A stretch of DNA of 63,456 bases, counting the filler, from Sluysia triapertura (Eukaryota): the NCBI GenBank assembly GCA_046118255.1. It is 4 parts of 4 records of this genome, joined end to end, with 100 filler letters (N's around TTAATTAATTAA, not from the genome) between each part and the next. Parts side by side here need not be neighbours in the genome. Positions count along the whole stretch, not along the records: positions 27,134 to 38,300 come from JBJNIA010187978.1; positions 38,401 to 51,193 come from JBJNIA010081812.1; 2 more parts are not named here. One strand, written 5' to 3'. The position numbers and the translations under genes were made by a program. Under the pieces are notes generated by a model. The model was not told the DNA's origin, did no database searches, and saw only the letters and a list, made by a program, of their open reading frames with translations. Below are positions 37,494 to 50,204 of the stretch, piece by piece (positions within the stretch are counted from its first letter, which is position 1; each line of letters begins with the position of its first letter).

Positions 37494-37850
37494 TGGCTGA
37501 CAAATAAATTACACGAAACATTATCAGTTTGGCAGCCATAGTAAAAATAAAAGTCAACAAATCAAGATACGTGTCTGCAAATTAAGCAACTGATACAGAC
37601 AGCCATTTTGTGGTAAAAATCAATAAAAAAATTACAAAAGTGAGTGATAAAAATAATAGAATTCATTAGCTACAGCCATATACGAAAAGTTAATAGAAAG
37701 TTGATTTCAAAAAAATTCAATAACTGTCGTTATAATAGGCAAACAGAAAAAACAGCAATAATTAATTAATAAATTGCAGTAACTAAAAAATATTACCAGC
37801 AAGAGGAGTAAAGTAAATAAAGCAGACAGACTTTTTATTTAGAAAATTGT

Positions 37851-38300
37851 GTGAAACAAAGACAGTCAAAAAGACGAAGTTTTATGATTTCATCAACTAA
37901 ACCATTATCTATTATGAATTCCCAATCAGAAAAGCTATCTAAGATTGAACTCGAAAGACAAAACGAATTAATTAATCAAGTTGTTGATACCGCAGAAGTT
38001 GATGTTGATACTCATTACGAACAGTGGAAGCAGATTGTTAGAGACACGAAAAGCAGAAACGTTGAACCCCATCTATGTAAATGGCATGTCGTCAGATTAA
38101 TCTCTGCAGCTGTAGATTTGTGTGAAATGTGTGATTTTGGTGGTAACGCAAAAGAAATAGTGCCATTAGTAGGGACAATAATGAGTAAAAGAGAAAGTAG
38201 TTCAAAACTCAATCCTCTTAGCATGACTTACGAAAACGAATCGGTTCAAATGATTGCACGACAAGACGATTATGAACTAGAGGAATCATTCAATTTTACG
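37851..38300 (+). CDS. Putative gag-like ORF of the adjacent LTR element, truncated by a gap
   Basis: Open for 150 codons up to the gap and positioned after LTR+PBS. No diagnostic motif recognised. Confidence 0.4.
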
Positions 38301-38400
38301 NNNNNNNNNNNNNNNNNNNNNNNNNNNNNNNNNNNNNNNNNNNNTTAATTAATTAANNNNNNNNNNNNNNNNNNNNNNNNNNNNNNNNNNNNNNNNNNNN
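38301..38400. other. Assembly gap with linker
   Basis: N-TTAATTAATTAA-N. Confidence 0.98.
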
Positions 38401-40350
38401 CCAATTTTTATAACTACGAATATCTGCATCAGATATGAGTCGAAATCTTGATTTATTTATTTTCAATTTCAAGTAAACATTTACAGCTGGAATCATTCAT
38501 TCTGATTGATTGAAAAATCCAAAATAATAAACCATATCTTGCTAATTTTTATTGAATCATATCTTTACTGTGTATCTCTAATAGTTACATCTTTTCAATA
38601 TAATCTAGAATATTTTAAATATTGTTTTTGTGCTTAAAACAATTTCCATTTTAAATTTGAGTACTATTAAATGATAAATTCACATCTTTCCATAATTCAT
38701 GAAACATGTAATTAGTTATTCGAACATTTTCTTTATAGGATTAATATTTTACACTTTCTACTTAATAAATAGTAATGTATCATTAAGATCAAGGTAATCA
38801 GTGTCCGATGGTCGTAATTTGAATTTTGCATCTTCTTTATTATTACTTATTGAATTGATAAGATAAATATCTTCAAAAGATGCATTTTGTATAACTTGAG
38901 GAAGAGGAGAATGATCACAAATACATAATTCAGTTTTTGCACAAATCACTATCGCCTTCTTCGTTGATTGGCGAAATTATAATACTCCCAGTGATTTTTT
39001 AACGACTGGTGGTATGTAATCTGTGCTATTTCAACTGCAACAACTGATAACTTGTAAATCTGTTTTATTATTTTCTGTTTTATCTTTTGGAAAGAATTTC
39101 ATTTCAAATTTGATTGAATTAAATTTTTATTAAATTATTTGCATTAATTGTTATTCAAGTACCGAATTTTTGTTTAACTTTATTCATTAACTAAAAAAAT
39201 TGCTTAACGCATGCGTAGATCTTAGGGCTCTTTAAAACAATAATAAATTTAGTAAATGATGAACTAAAGAAATAACATAACAATTTTATTTTAATAAGTC
39301 AATGTTTAATTATTAATAAGTGAAATGTTACTAAAACAAACTAACAGACATTCAAACTGTCGCATATAGATCCACTTATTAGTTTCACAAGCTGACAAAT
39401 TCCTCCAATATTCTCCTTTTAACATTTCTGGCATGGTTTCTTCAATCCATCTAATTCGTTTTTTCATTACTTCTTACAAATGCTTATGTAGGGAATTCAT
39501 CACACAAAAAAATCCATCACACTTCATTGCATAAAAACACTTCACATGTACACAGACTATTAAACAAATTATTAAACTCATTCAAAAACAAACATGACTA
39601 TTACATTTAATTATCATGAACTATCGCTATTATTAAGATTCAGATCATATTAAAATATATGTAATGATTATAGTCATTATTGTTATATAATATAAATATC
39701 AAATAATAACTTTTATAACAACTTTCATAATAAGTATAATAACCACGTAATTGTTATCATTATATTATTTCTATCCTTATTATCAACCTATCTTTCTATT
39801 TTTATAATTGGTTGTTTAAGTGGTAATCTAAAAAACAAGATGACAATTATTCTCAGATTGTATTGAAACATATAAATTTCAATAACTAGTATTTAGATAT
39901 TTTGCTTTTGTTTTCCAAATCTACATTAACTTTCTTGGATATGAACAGTAGGTTAGGTGCAGAAACATGTACTATTCATCCGGAACATTATTTCACATTT
40001 ACCCTTAGTTATGTTTTTTATGCACAATAAAAATGCTAATAATAGTTTCTATTAAAAAATTAATTCGTGATTTAGGTATTTAACTTTCTGTAATAGCTAA
40101 AATAAAATCGCAAAAATATAAAGATAAACTTTACTATTTAAATTAAATATATTTACAAAAAATTAATTACAATTATTATCTAAAAATATAATTAAAAAAA
40201 TTAATATTAACAAATTTTTACATTAAAAATTTATAATAAAATTTATATTTTGCAATATAATTATATACGAATTTCTACAAATTCACAAATTACAATAATT
40301 GATTTGCTTTCAACGATTTAACTACATACATACCTCGTTTTATTCGGTTC

Positions 40351-40505
40351 TGTTAGATTTCATTAAATGAACGCCCTCTTACCTCGAAGGCGTGCACTTC
40401 GATGCTGTGACCACTGAGCTACCAGCTCCGGCTAATAATTTTATTTTATTATTGTCCATTATACTATCATTATTCTAAATAGCACTTTAGGCCTGTACCT
40501 CAACA
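40351..40505 (-). mobile_element. Short solo LTR (family D) containing a tRNA 5'-half
   Basis: TGTT...CAACA ends and a 4-bp TSD GTTC on both sides. Minus strand reads GGAGCTGGTAGCTCAGTGGTCACAGC (Pol III A-box). Confidence 0.7.
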
Positions 40506-42938
40506 GTTCAAAGAAATTTTAAAATTAATTATTGAAATTTTGTTTCTTCAATATTTAATTTTAAATTTTTCGAACCGTGTAAAAGAGGGAATAGGTGTAT
40601 ATGAACCATTTTCACAAATCCTATTTAAATAAGATATAAAATAGAAAGGTATAACTTTTAGTCTTAAACTTGAAAAATCCACCGAATTTGTAAATTTTCT
40701 CGTCTGTTTAAATACGACGATTGAATATCATTTTTTGTTCTAGTTTAAGAAAGGACTCAAATATATCATTTTAAATTAACCTAGCTAAGGCTAGAAATTT
40801 AATTTTACAATTCGGAAAACTTAAGCTTAAATCTATAAGCAGCATTTCATATTCATTTAGTAATTTACTGCAAATACAGTTTAAGTATTTTTAGTATTCC
40901 ATCACAATTGAGTATTTTATATTTATATCCTATGACGGGCCCTTAATTGTGTAAGACTAGGTTCAAAGACGAACTCTTGAATTATTAAAAAAATTTTGAA
41001 ACCATATGAGAATTGCATTTTGATATTTCGTGATTACATGTGTTTGAAAATTTTGATTTTTATTCGTAATAACTGATACTTATTATTATACAAAATGTAA
41101 TTGAAGCTGGATTATATTTTGACTTATTGAGTTTTGAATTTAGAGTTAATACAAAGTTAAATTATAATACTTTGAAAGATGAAACAGAAACAGTTTATCA
41201 GAATTTTAGCCGAAAAAGCTTATTAATCAAAAACGAAGTAAGAAATTTAATAAGCGTATGCAGAAATGTATAAGTATGTTTAGATCTAGGATGAGCTGAA
41301 TGAAAATTGTACCGCTAAAAAAATTTAGTAATTATTGTACTAAAAGTCAAAACATGAATTGATAAAAAATGGTTAAACATAGGAAATAATTTCAAATTAA
41401 AATCTTAAATGGAGTCTTAACATCTTCGATGGAAATAGTGTTTAAGAAATTAAGAATATAGATATCTTAACTACTTGGAATATCGAGGTACACAAAACAT
41501 TAGCAAATGCTGGAAAGAGACACATGTATAAGCTATGATGTTCGTGTAATGAAACCAATAACTAAACCTGATATAGATTAAAACCGCCTAAAAGCAACCG
41601 CCATCTCATTCAACAGTACAAATCATAAAAATGGAGCACGTAACATTAACATCAATAGGATGGTTATCAAAATCAACGGAGTAGTTACTACGTTGCACCA
41701 AAGAGAATTATTCTTCTCGATGTAGTTGTCAACATTGTTGTCATTTTACAACATGGACACTAAAAAATGAAACCACAAATGGATGGTGACAATTATAAAG
41801 TGCGCAAAATTGTATTAAAGCTTTGACAGCGAAAAACCTAAATTTGGACGGCTTAAATAATTCAATGGAGGCATTAAGGTTTTCCATAGAAATACGAAAC
41901 AAATTTTGGATTTATACTCAACACTGAATGACATTCAATAATTAAGCGAGTAGGAAGACATTCAACTCAAATTAGTAATATTTTATAACGTATTTAAAAA
42001 TAATTATGCACTTATTTATTTTATAATATTGAAAGTCAAAACCACAGCATGATAAATAAACAAATAGTAGTTAAATAAGCTGAAATTGTTTCAGTAAGAT
42101 ATCATTTGTTTGACAATTAAAGTATTTCATTTTTGTAATTAATATTAACGTAAAAATATAAAATCTAATTGAAATTAAATTTAAAGCACTATAAAATTTA
42201 AAACTCAACTATAAAATGCTGGATTCGACCAAGACCTATTTAGTTTTAAAAACTGAACATTTACCAAAACATGACGCTGAAATACAGATTAAAACTGATC
42301 GAACAAATTATATAAATGCACATTATTCCATTATTTATATACCTTTGAAAGATAGTATTAATGAGAAATTTTAACATAATTCTGAGATTGCTCAATTACG
42401 AATAAAACAGAAGGAGAATGATCTTAATGAATTTAATTTCATTTGAGATTTAACGTTCATAAAGAGATTATTCAATATTTAAAATATTTTCAATTAACAT
42501 ATTGAAAAATTATATTGTGAAAAATATGTAAGTTTCAAAATTAATAATATGTACGAAATACTTGACGATATATTCAATCAACATTAAAACAGTTATAACA
42601 GGCTACTTAGGTATTACACTTTAGATCATTTTTGTTACTGATATTAATTTCATTACATGCTTATTTAATTGAATTTTAGCATGTCCATAATAAGAAACAC
42701 GAAATTCCAATTGCCACGCTGAACAGAAATTCACTACAAAAATATTGCATGTAACTAAAGAATTTATTGGCCAATAATACCAATGCAAAACACTGTATAG
42801 CATTAAACTTTCTGTTGATATTTGCAAATATTTGGTTTCTATAAGTACAATATCGCCTTATTTACATTTTCTTTTAACACGTGAAGTTTAAAATTACTTT
42901 TATTAATAAATATAATATAGCATAAAATATATTTACAT

Positions 42939-43514
42939 TTAATCAAACTTTCTAAACTTATTTCCACCAACTTTATTACCACCAAACGATCTTTTCCTGT
43001 TCTGATTATTTGCACCACGTGAACCAAAAGAGGTTTTACTTCCATTACAGGATCCTCGAGCACCTCGATTTGAACCACGATTCCCCCCTCTAGCTGTTTT
43101 TCCTCGTTGTGTCTTGAATTTATCTGGATTTATAATGCGTTCCTTGTCTAAAAGTTTCATAGGATTTATATACAATTCTGTATTATGAGGAATAGATTGC
43201 ACTTTTATTGATTCAGATATTTTAACGAGAACATATGGTTTAATGACACGACCAAATACCTCATCTGTTTTGCCAATTTGTTCTTTATTTTCTAAATACA
43301 CGGGGGCATTAAAAAATGGTAATTTTTCATTATGATCAATTTGAACAATAAGGTCTTTATCATCATAAATATGAGAATAAACGCCAAACTTCACAACAGT
43401 ATCAGGTTCTCCTTCATCTTCTTGTCGACGATAACCTCCTCTACCACCCCGATTGCCACCGCGTCCTCCACGTCCTGAAAAGCCACCTCTACCTTTATTT
43501 TTATCAAAACCCAT
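42939..43514 (-). CDS. GAR1: H/ACA snoRNP subunit GAR1, 191 aa, intronless
   Basis: ATG at 43514 (MGFDKNKGRGG). RGG tracts flank the core LPFFNAPVYLENKEQIGKTDEVFG...YINPMKLL. The longer start in the ORF track is non-ATG, AT-rich sequence. Confidence 0.96.
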   Translation of the reverse strand: MGFDKNKGRGGFSGRGGRGGNRGGRGGYRRQEDEGEPDTVVKFGVYSHIYDDKDLIVQIDHNEKLPFFNAPVYLENKEQIGKTDEVFGRVIKPYVLVKISESIKVQSIPHNTELYINPMKLLDKERIINPDKFKTQRGKTARGGNRGSNRGARGSCNGSKTSFGSRGANNQNRKRSFGGNKVGGNKFRKFD

Positions 43515-44399
43515 ATTGTAAGGTAAATTAATAATATTTAAACAACAATAAGAAATAAGTAAAAATGAAATAAAATTATAATATTTCAATATTATATTTT
43601 AAATATAAATTTTTCATTGCATTTATATTATTGTCTTGATTATTAGACCCACACCAATAATTTTTTATAGTATTTAATAAATGTAAATTACAATATAATA
43701 ATTTTAACAGATGTCTATAATATTATAAATATTTAAAATGTATCTATATCTTCAAAAATACTAAAATGAAAGATAATGAAGCTAGATCACATAAGCTCTT
43801 GATATATTTAGTAATACTTCTAAAAAAGAAAAACCATTTTTTAAGAATTTCGCTAATAGAACATTCCGTCGATTCATTGCGGACTTTTGAAACAAAAACA
43901 ATATTGTCGAGTCTTTAACAAATTATTTCAAATATTTAGCAATTCCTAATTTAAATCTCCAATGGCATTCTTTATTTCGAAATTAATACAACTCAGTTAA
44001 TATGAATAAAAGGTAATTATCATCCGATAAATATTATAACGAAAAAATTATTAAATTACAAATTAAACGTCACAATTAAATTAATAGAACCCTAATAATC
44101 TAATATTATTATTAGGCTAACACAACTAAAAACCAAAGTAATAATATAAATTAATCAAAATAAAATATAATTAAGCAATATAATCACTTTAAATGCGACA
44201 CTACGCCACCAAAAACTAAAAGAGGTTGCAATAAAGCAAAAATAAACGAATTTTTAACTTCAAAATAATAAAAAATAAAATTAAATACTTTTTGCATATA
44301 TCTTGAACTACTGTCATAGCAATTGTAGTTGTCTTAGTTATTGTTGTGTTAAAAAATTTTACAACTATTTCGTTTTAGAATAATTAAAAATAATGAAAT

Positions 44400-44881
44400 A
44401 ATAATGAAAGTACGAAGAAATAACCCTTTACAAGATTTTACTTATTAAAGTATTAAAGTGCATTTGTTAATTAATTTAATTACAATTTGTTTAATTTGAT
44501 AACTTGATAAAAATTGTTTGTTCATGATAAAATAATATTAGATTTGGTGTATAATGATGAGTTTTATTAGTATTTTTAATGATAAAATATTTCGAAGTAC
44601 GACGTGGAAAACGTAAAAATTAGTTATTTTAATTAGTTTTTATAATTTAAAATTAAAGTTAAATATAATCCGATATGCAAGTATAAGTAATATATTACTA
44701 CAAATCCCATTATCTTTCGATAATTAAAAGATAATGAAATTGGATACAGGCGGAAATTACTCGAAATTTAATTAATAAAATAGGTCGATTTATCACCGAC
44801 TAAAAAGAATGGACAGTTTTAATTTCCGTCTTGCCCAATTTTCAATTTCCAAAATGATCGTAAAACTGCTATATAAGCAGT
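44400..44881 (+). repeat. Dispersed repeat family B, copy 2, truncated by family C element
   Basis: Colinear with 22950-23550 up to TAAAACTGCTATAT(T)AAGCAGT, then similarity stops abruptly. Confidence 0.8.
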
Positions 44882-47070
44882 TGTTGGGATTGTCAAACTG
44901 TGGATTTGGAGATGAATGAAAACACACAAAATCACCAAATAAAGGAATAACTGACGTAAAGTGATGGATTGAACATGAAAATGAAAACGTCTATAATAGT
45001 GTTAACAGTTGAAGAATACCTTGGAGTTCTAAAGACATGTATAAGGTATTTAGATTTTTTTGAAGCTTGAAATGGACTTGGAAAACCTTTCCAAGGTATT
45101 AGAATACCTTTGAGGTTGTGATCATTGAGATCATCTGAGAGTTTATTAATCTTTTGGTATTCTTGAAACCTTAATATGCATCTGGGTATTTAAAATCTTA
45201 AATTTTTAAATTTTAAATAAAAATTTTTAATAAAATATTTAAAACTAATATTTTGAGAATATTAAATTTTGAATTTGTTTTAATTAATTAATTTTAAAAA
45301 TGGAAACATTCCATTATGGCGTCTCTAAATTCTATATAAATAGGTAAGCCTTTTTAAACGAAATACACAAAAATTTTAGAAAAAAATTCAGTGGAAAAGA
45401 CATTGAAAAGAAATATTAATTCCATGAGTTTCAAGTAATTTTTTTGATAAGTTTTAAGTTTCATTTTTATATAATATTTTATTTTTGATGCAAGACTTTA
45501 ATATGGCTTGCGTAAGTATTTTTTAAATTACCATACGACCAACTGAGGTTCATTCGCTACTAAATTCACTATCTCTATTATATTTTGTTTTGTTATTGTA
45601 TATTCTAAATATTTGTTTACTTTTTAAGTGTTAATATTAATAAACCTTAAATACATCTGCCTTACTATTTGACAACTTCGCTAACGTTGTGAAATAACAT
45701 TTTTTATAAAATAACGGTTTTGAAGAGCAACACCTTAATACGGGTTGCGAAAACTCATTTAGAAAAAACTGTGAAACGACCAACTGAGGTTGAGTCCTTT
45801 AGATAAATTATTATTTGTATTATAATTTTTTCTTTTATAAGAGTTGTAAGAATTAAATTTTATTTGTGTTGATTAATATACCTTATGAGTAACAGAGTGT
45901 TTTTAGTCATTAATTTAATAAACTTTTAAAATTCGTTTTGTTAAAGCAACACCTTTATACTGGTTGCGTAATCTACATTTATTTTGAGAAGCACAACTTA
46001 ATAAGGGTTGCATAACTATAAAAAATACAACACCTCGTAAAGGCTTGTATCATAAATTAATTAAAAGCTCCAAGTAATAAGACATAGTCATATAAGACGT
46101 AAGTCATAAGTAAAGAACTTTTCGTGTATATTAGGCGAACCGACTCCTTAGATATTTTTTAAGTAATATTAAGTTTTTAAAAGAAACACTTTTTAGTGTA
46201 TAAAATCTTTAAAATGATTGAGAAATAAAATCTTTGTTCAAAATAATAAATATAAGTTTAACGTATTAATAATTAATATGAACAAGTAGAAAAAGGAATC
46301 AGAGAAATGAAGGTGAAAACACCTAGAGCCTTCTGAATGCTTTATAAACTATCAAATAATTTTAGAACCTCAACAAAACATTTAAACGTAGAATAAGATT
46401 CAGTCTAAAAATAGATTAATTAATTAAAAATCTTAATTAACTTTATTAAGAAAAAGTACGTTTATAGTGAACAACTTTTGAATGCGGAATGCTATGTTAA
46501 ATTTGAAACTGAGTATGTATTTGTTGCGATGAAGTTATGGTTTGACCGAGTTCATGCAAGGAAAGCCTTAATATTGAGCAAAGTCAAATTTTAATTAATC
46601 TTTAATTATGGAATGTTGAATTTATTATACTTAGAGTGATGCAAATATGATGAATGGAATGTGAGATGATTGCTGTAAAAGAGGAGAATCTTTAAGTGAG
46701 CTCGAAATGTTTGTAAAATGGTTCGTTTGAGAATAATAACCTTAAAACATTTTTCATTAGAAAACTGGGTGTGAAAAATAGAAAATTAATTAAGTAATAG
46801 AAAGTGAAATTAAATTCATTATTTTTATGTATGTTAATAGCATTGTTGATTGTTATTTTAATGTGAGAAGTAATTTAATTAAAAATAGATTGCGTAGAGT
46901 AAAAGCAAATGATGGTTGATGATAAATAAGATTTATATATTTTGTACCTAATGAAGTATGACAGACCGTACCATGTAATTATCAAAGAGGTTTGGATGAT
47001 TTGTGTGAGACTGGGAATTGATTGGATGATAAAGAGAGTATAAAATAAAAATTTCTAAATATTTACAACA
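44882..47070 (+). mobile_element. ~2.2-kb LTR-like element (family C)
   Basis: TGTTG...CAACA termini, a TATA-like TATATAAATA at ~45333, no ORF, and a paralogous copy at 27290-28410. No TSD seen. Confidence 0.55.
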
Positions 47071-47829
47071 CAATAATATAATCACAAAAAAATCCATGCT
47101 TTGGTTTGATTATTATTATTTTAATTGATTGTTTGGGGGGATTATTTGAAATATTATTATTGCTTAGTGAGAGACTCCATTCGTAATTTATTTTAAAATA
47201 TTAAATTTATTTTTTGCTTTTTAAGGAATTTTATTATCATTTGGTGGGAGATCCCCTTCACAGTTTGTTTTTTAAGATATTCTAACCGTTGTGGATATTT
47301 TTCAGTCTGTTGCGTCATTCCTGCTTTTTTATAGACTTTCAAATTCTCGATACTATATGCGTTATTGCTAATTCTGTAGTTTTAGTTATTTTATTATTGT
47401 TAGTAAAGACTTATAGCAGTAATTTGTACTTGGTTTTTAATCATTAATTTATTGAATTATTGTTTATTTTATTTTAAAACTCTTAATTTTTGGGTTGAAT
47501 AAATAACATTATCGAAATAAGGAAATTTGTGATAATTTTATACTGAATTTAGTGATTAATTATTGAAAATTTGTTAAATAGAGTAATCAATATTATTATT
47601 AAGTACACAGACGCAACAATAATAATGATAATAATATATTAAAGAACTTAACCATTAATAAACAAATTACGCTCATTTATAACAATTTGTTGTATTTTAA
47701 TTAATTTCATCTTGACTTGAATAAAGCTTTAAATTTAACTTGTGATATAAAAATTACATGAAATTTTTTTAAATTTTTTTATTATTTTGTTTAAATATTT
47801 TGATTTACTGTATTGAATCTATCGTTATA

Positions 47830-49703
47830 ATGGTATGTTTTAGTTTTTCAATTTTAAATGTATTTTATAGAGTTTTAGCAATGAAGAAACCAATGAAAGT
47901 ATTGTAATGCCGGAAGACATCGATAACTTTAAAATTTCTAAAGGTATAAAAGAAAAATTAAAATCTCGTGGTATAACAAAATTGTTTCCTATTCAATTTA
48001 AAACCTTTGATAAGATTTATAAAGGATTTGATGTTGTTGGCCAAGCAAGTATGTATTGAATTTATTAAGTATTAAAAGTTTTAGAAACTGGTACTGGTAA
48101 AACCTTTGCTTTCGGTTTACCAATTTTGAGTCGTCTGGAAAAACATTGTAAAAATTTAGGAAAGGGTCGAAATCCATCAGTAATAATCTTAGCTCCGACT
48201 CGTGAATTAGTCAATCAAATTGCAACAGAATTTCAAAGTGTCATGCATCACAATTTGTCTATTATTTCTGTGTACGGTGGTGTCCCTTATGAAAAACAAA
48301 TATCTGCATTGAAAAATGGTGTTGATATCGTTGTTGGAGCTCCAGGGCGTGTCAGTGATTTAGTTGAACACAAAAATCTTATTCTGACTTCAATTAAATA
48401 TGTGATTCTAGATGAAGTTGATCGAATGCTAGACATGGGTTTTTTACCAATTGTCGAATCTATTCTTAAAATGATATATTCAAACAATGAAAAACCTCAA
48501 ACACTTTTTTTTTCAGCAACTATGCCTGATTCTATAAAATGTATTGTGAATAAGTATTTATCTGAAGATTCTGTGCATGTAAACTTAATAGAAAGCGATG
48601 ATGCCAAAACCGCTTCTACTGTACAACATTTAGCTATCCAGTGTCCTTGGAGAGAACGTAATGGTACTATATCGGACATTATAAGAGTTTATGGTGGGAA
48701 TAAAGAAGAGTCTCGAACAATTATATTTTGTGAACGTAAAAAGGATGCAGATGAGTTAGCTGCTCATTCAACAATGCCTTCGGATTGTCATGTTCTGCAT
48801 GGTGATGTACCTCAAGCTAAACGTGAACTAGTTTTGCAGAAATATCGTGATGGTAAATATACCACATTAATAACTACAAATGTTGCAGCACGTGGTTTAG
48901 ATATACCTCATGTAGATTTAGTAATCCAGTGTCATCCACCAACTGATGTTGATGATTATATCCATCGATCTGGAAGAACTGGCCGAGCTGGTAAAGCTGG
49001 TGTTTGCATATGCTTTTATGAACCAAAAGAAAAGGACTCTTTGGTTAGAGTAGAAAAAATTGCGAAATTTTCTTTTAAACGTATATCAGCGCCTACACCT
49101 GAAGAAATTGTTACGGCGTCATTTAAAGAAACAATATCAAATTTTAGACGTATACCAGATGCAGTGTTACAAAATTTTCAAGATCCAGCAAATAAGCTAA
49201 TTGAAGAATTTGGTGCTCAAAAAGCTTTATCACTTGCACTTGCACAATTATCTGGTAAAGTTGAAATTATGAAGCCTAGATCTATCTTAACATCGAAAGA
49301 AGACTTTGTAGCATTTATGTTTAAAACGGACATGGAAATCCGTGCTAAAGGTTTTTTATATACTATTTTGAAGAGACAAATACGCGAAGATATAGTTGAA
49401 AAAATCTCGGCTGTACAGTTTTTGAAAGATCGTACTGGTTTAGTGTTTGATGTTCCTGCTGATCATGAAGAAGAACTTGTATCGTCTTGGGTTGATTCTA
49501 AAAAATTCATTTTAGAAAAGGTTACTGAATTACCAGAATTAGAAGATCAAGGATCAAATTATCCTAATAAATCTGTAAATAAAGGAGGTTTTGGATCTAG
49601 AGATAATTATAATAAACGGAATAATGGTTTCGGTGATAACAGCTTGAAAAGGAAATTTGAAAGCAATAATAATGGTTTTAAAAACAAAATGAGAAAATTT
49701 TGA
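47830..49703 (+). CDS. DDX21: Nucleolar DEAD-box RNA helicase DDX21/DDX50 (599 aa); exons 47830-47832, 47871-48048, 48085-49703
   Basis: Q motif (LFPIQ), QAKTGTGKT across a 36-nt intron, PTREL, DEVD, SAT, ARGLDI, HRSGRTGRAG and a C-terminal GUCT-like region (VFDVP). The spliced CDS is 1800 nt. The ATG-only first exon is predicted. Confidence 0.95.
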
Positions 49704-50020
49704 TAGATTTCCATTATTTTTATTATTTTCAAATGTTTTTATGAATATATTTAAAATTCATTAAATTTGACTTGAATTTTTATCTATTATTATTAGTATG
49801 ATGGTATATTATTAAACATTATGTTGATTTGATAAAATTAAATTTTATAGTAGAAAGAGAATTTTAAATTATTGATATTTAATGCTAATTTCAAAATTTA
49901 ACGTTTTAAATTCAGGCATCACAAGTAATAAATAAAAATAACTATTAATCGCTATAAATTAGTTGTCATTTCAACTTTCACAATTAGGATAAAAAAATTA
50001 TGGTGAAATCATTAATGAAA

Positions 50021-50204
50021 ACATTATGAGCTGGGCGGGTATTAGTAAGTCATCTGAAATGTATTTTTTAAAAGCGGGACAAGGTATTAGTAACAGTTGT
50101 CTATCATGTACGATGTTTAAATAAATACGAATATTATTTTGCATATCTTCGATTTTTGGCCGCTACACTCTAGTTAGGTCTGATAGACTACCCGCTCATA
50201 ATGT
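50021..50204. mobile_element. Small MITE-like element
   Basis: ACATTATGAGC(TGGG)CGGGTA at the left and TACCCGCTCATAATGT at the right are inverted repeats. Confidence 0.55.

Noticed and set aside
40395-40430. Functional tRNA gene (also 53196-53236)
   Set aside because: Only the 5' half is tRNA-like. There is no T-arm/B-box or complementary acceptor 3' strand, so it is treated as part of an LTR.
41150-41990. Possible integrase remnants (also 33640-33900)
   Set aside because: Only vague motif similarity (HKTLANAG, NPQSQ); too decayed to call by eye.
45535-46050. CRISPR array
   Set aside because: Repeats are few, degenerate and irregularly spaced, there are no cas genes, and the context is eukaryotic.
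48287-48679. Antisense ORFs within DDX21 (and alternative-frame or antisense ORFs at 42839-43078, 16951-17169, 38015-38224)
   Set aside because: Shadow ORFs of real or longer coding sequence.
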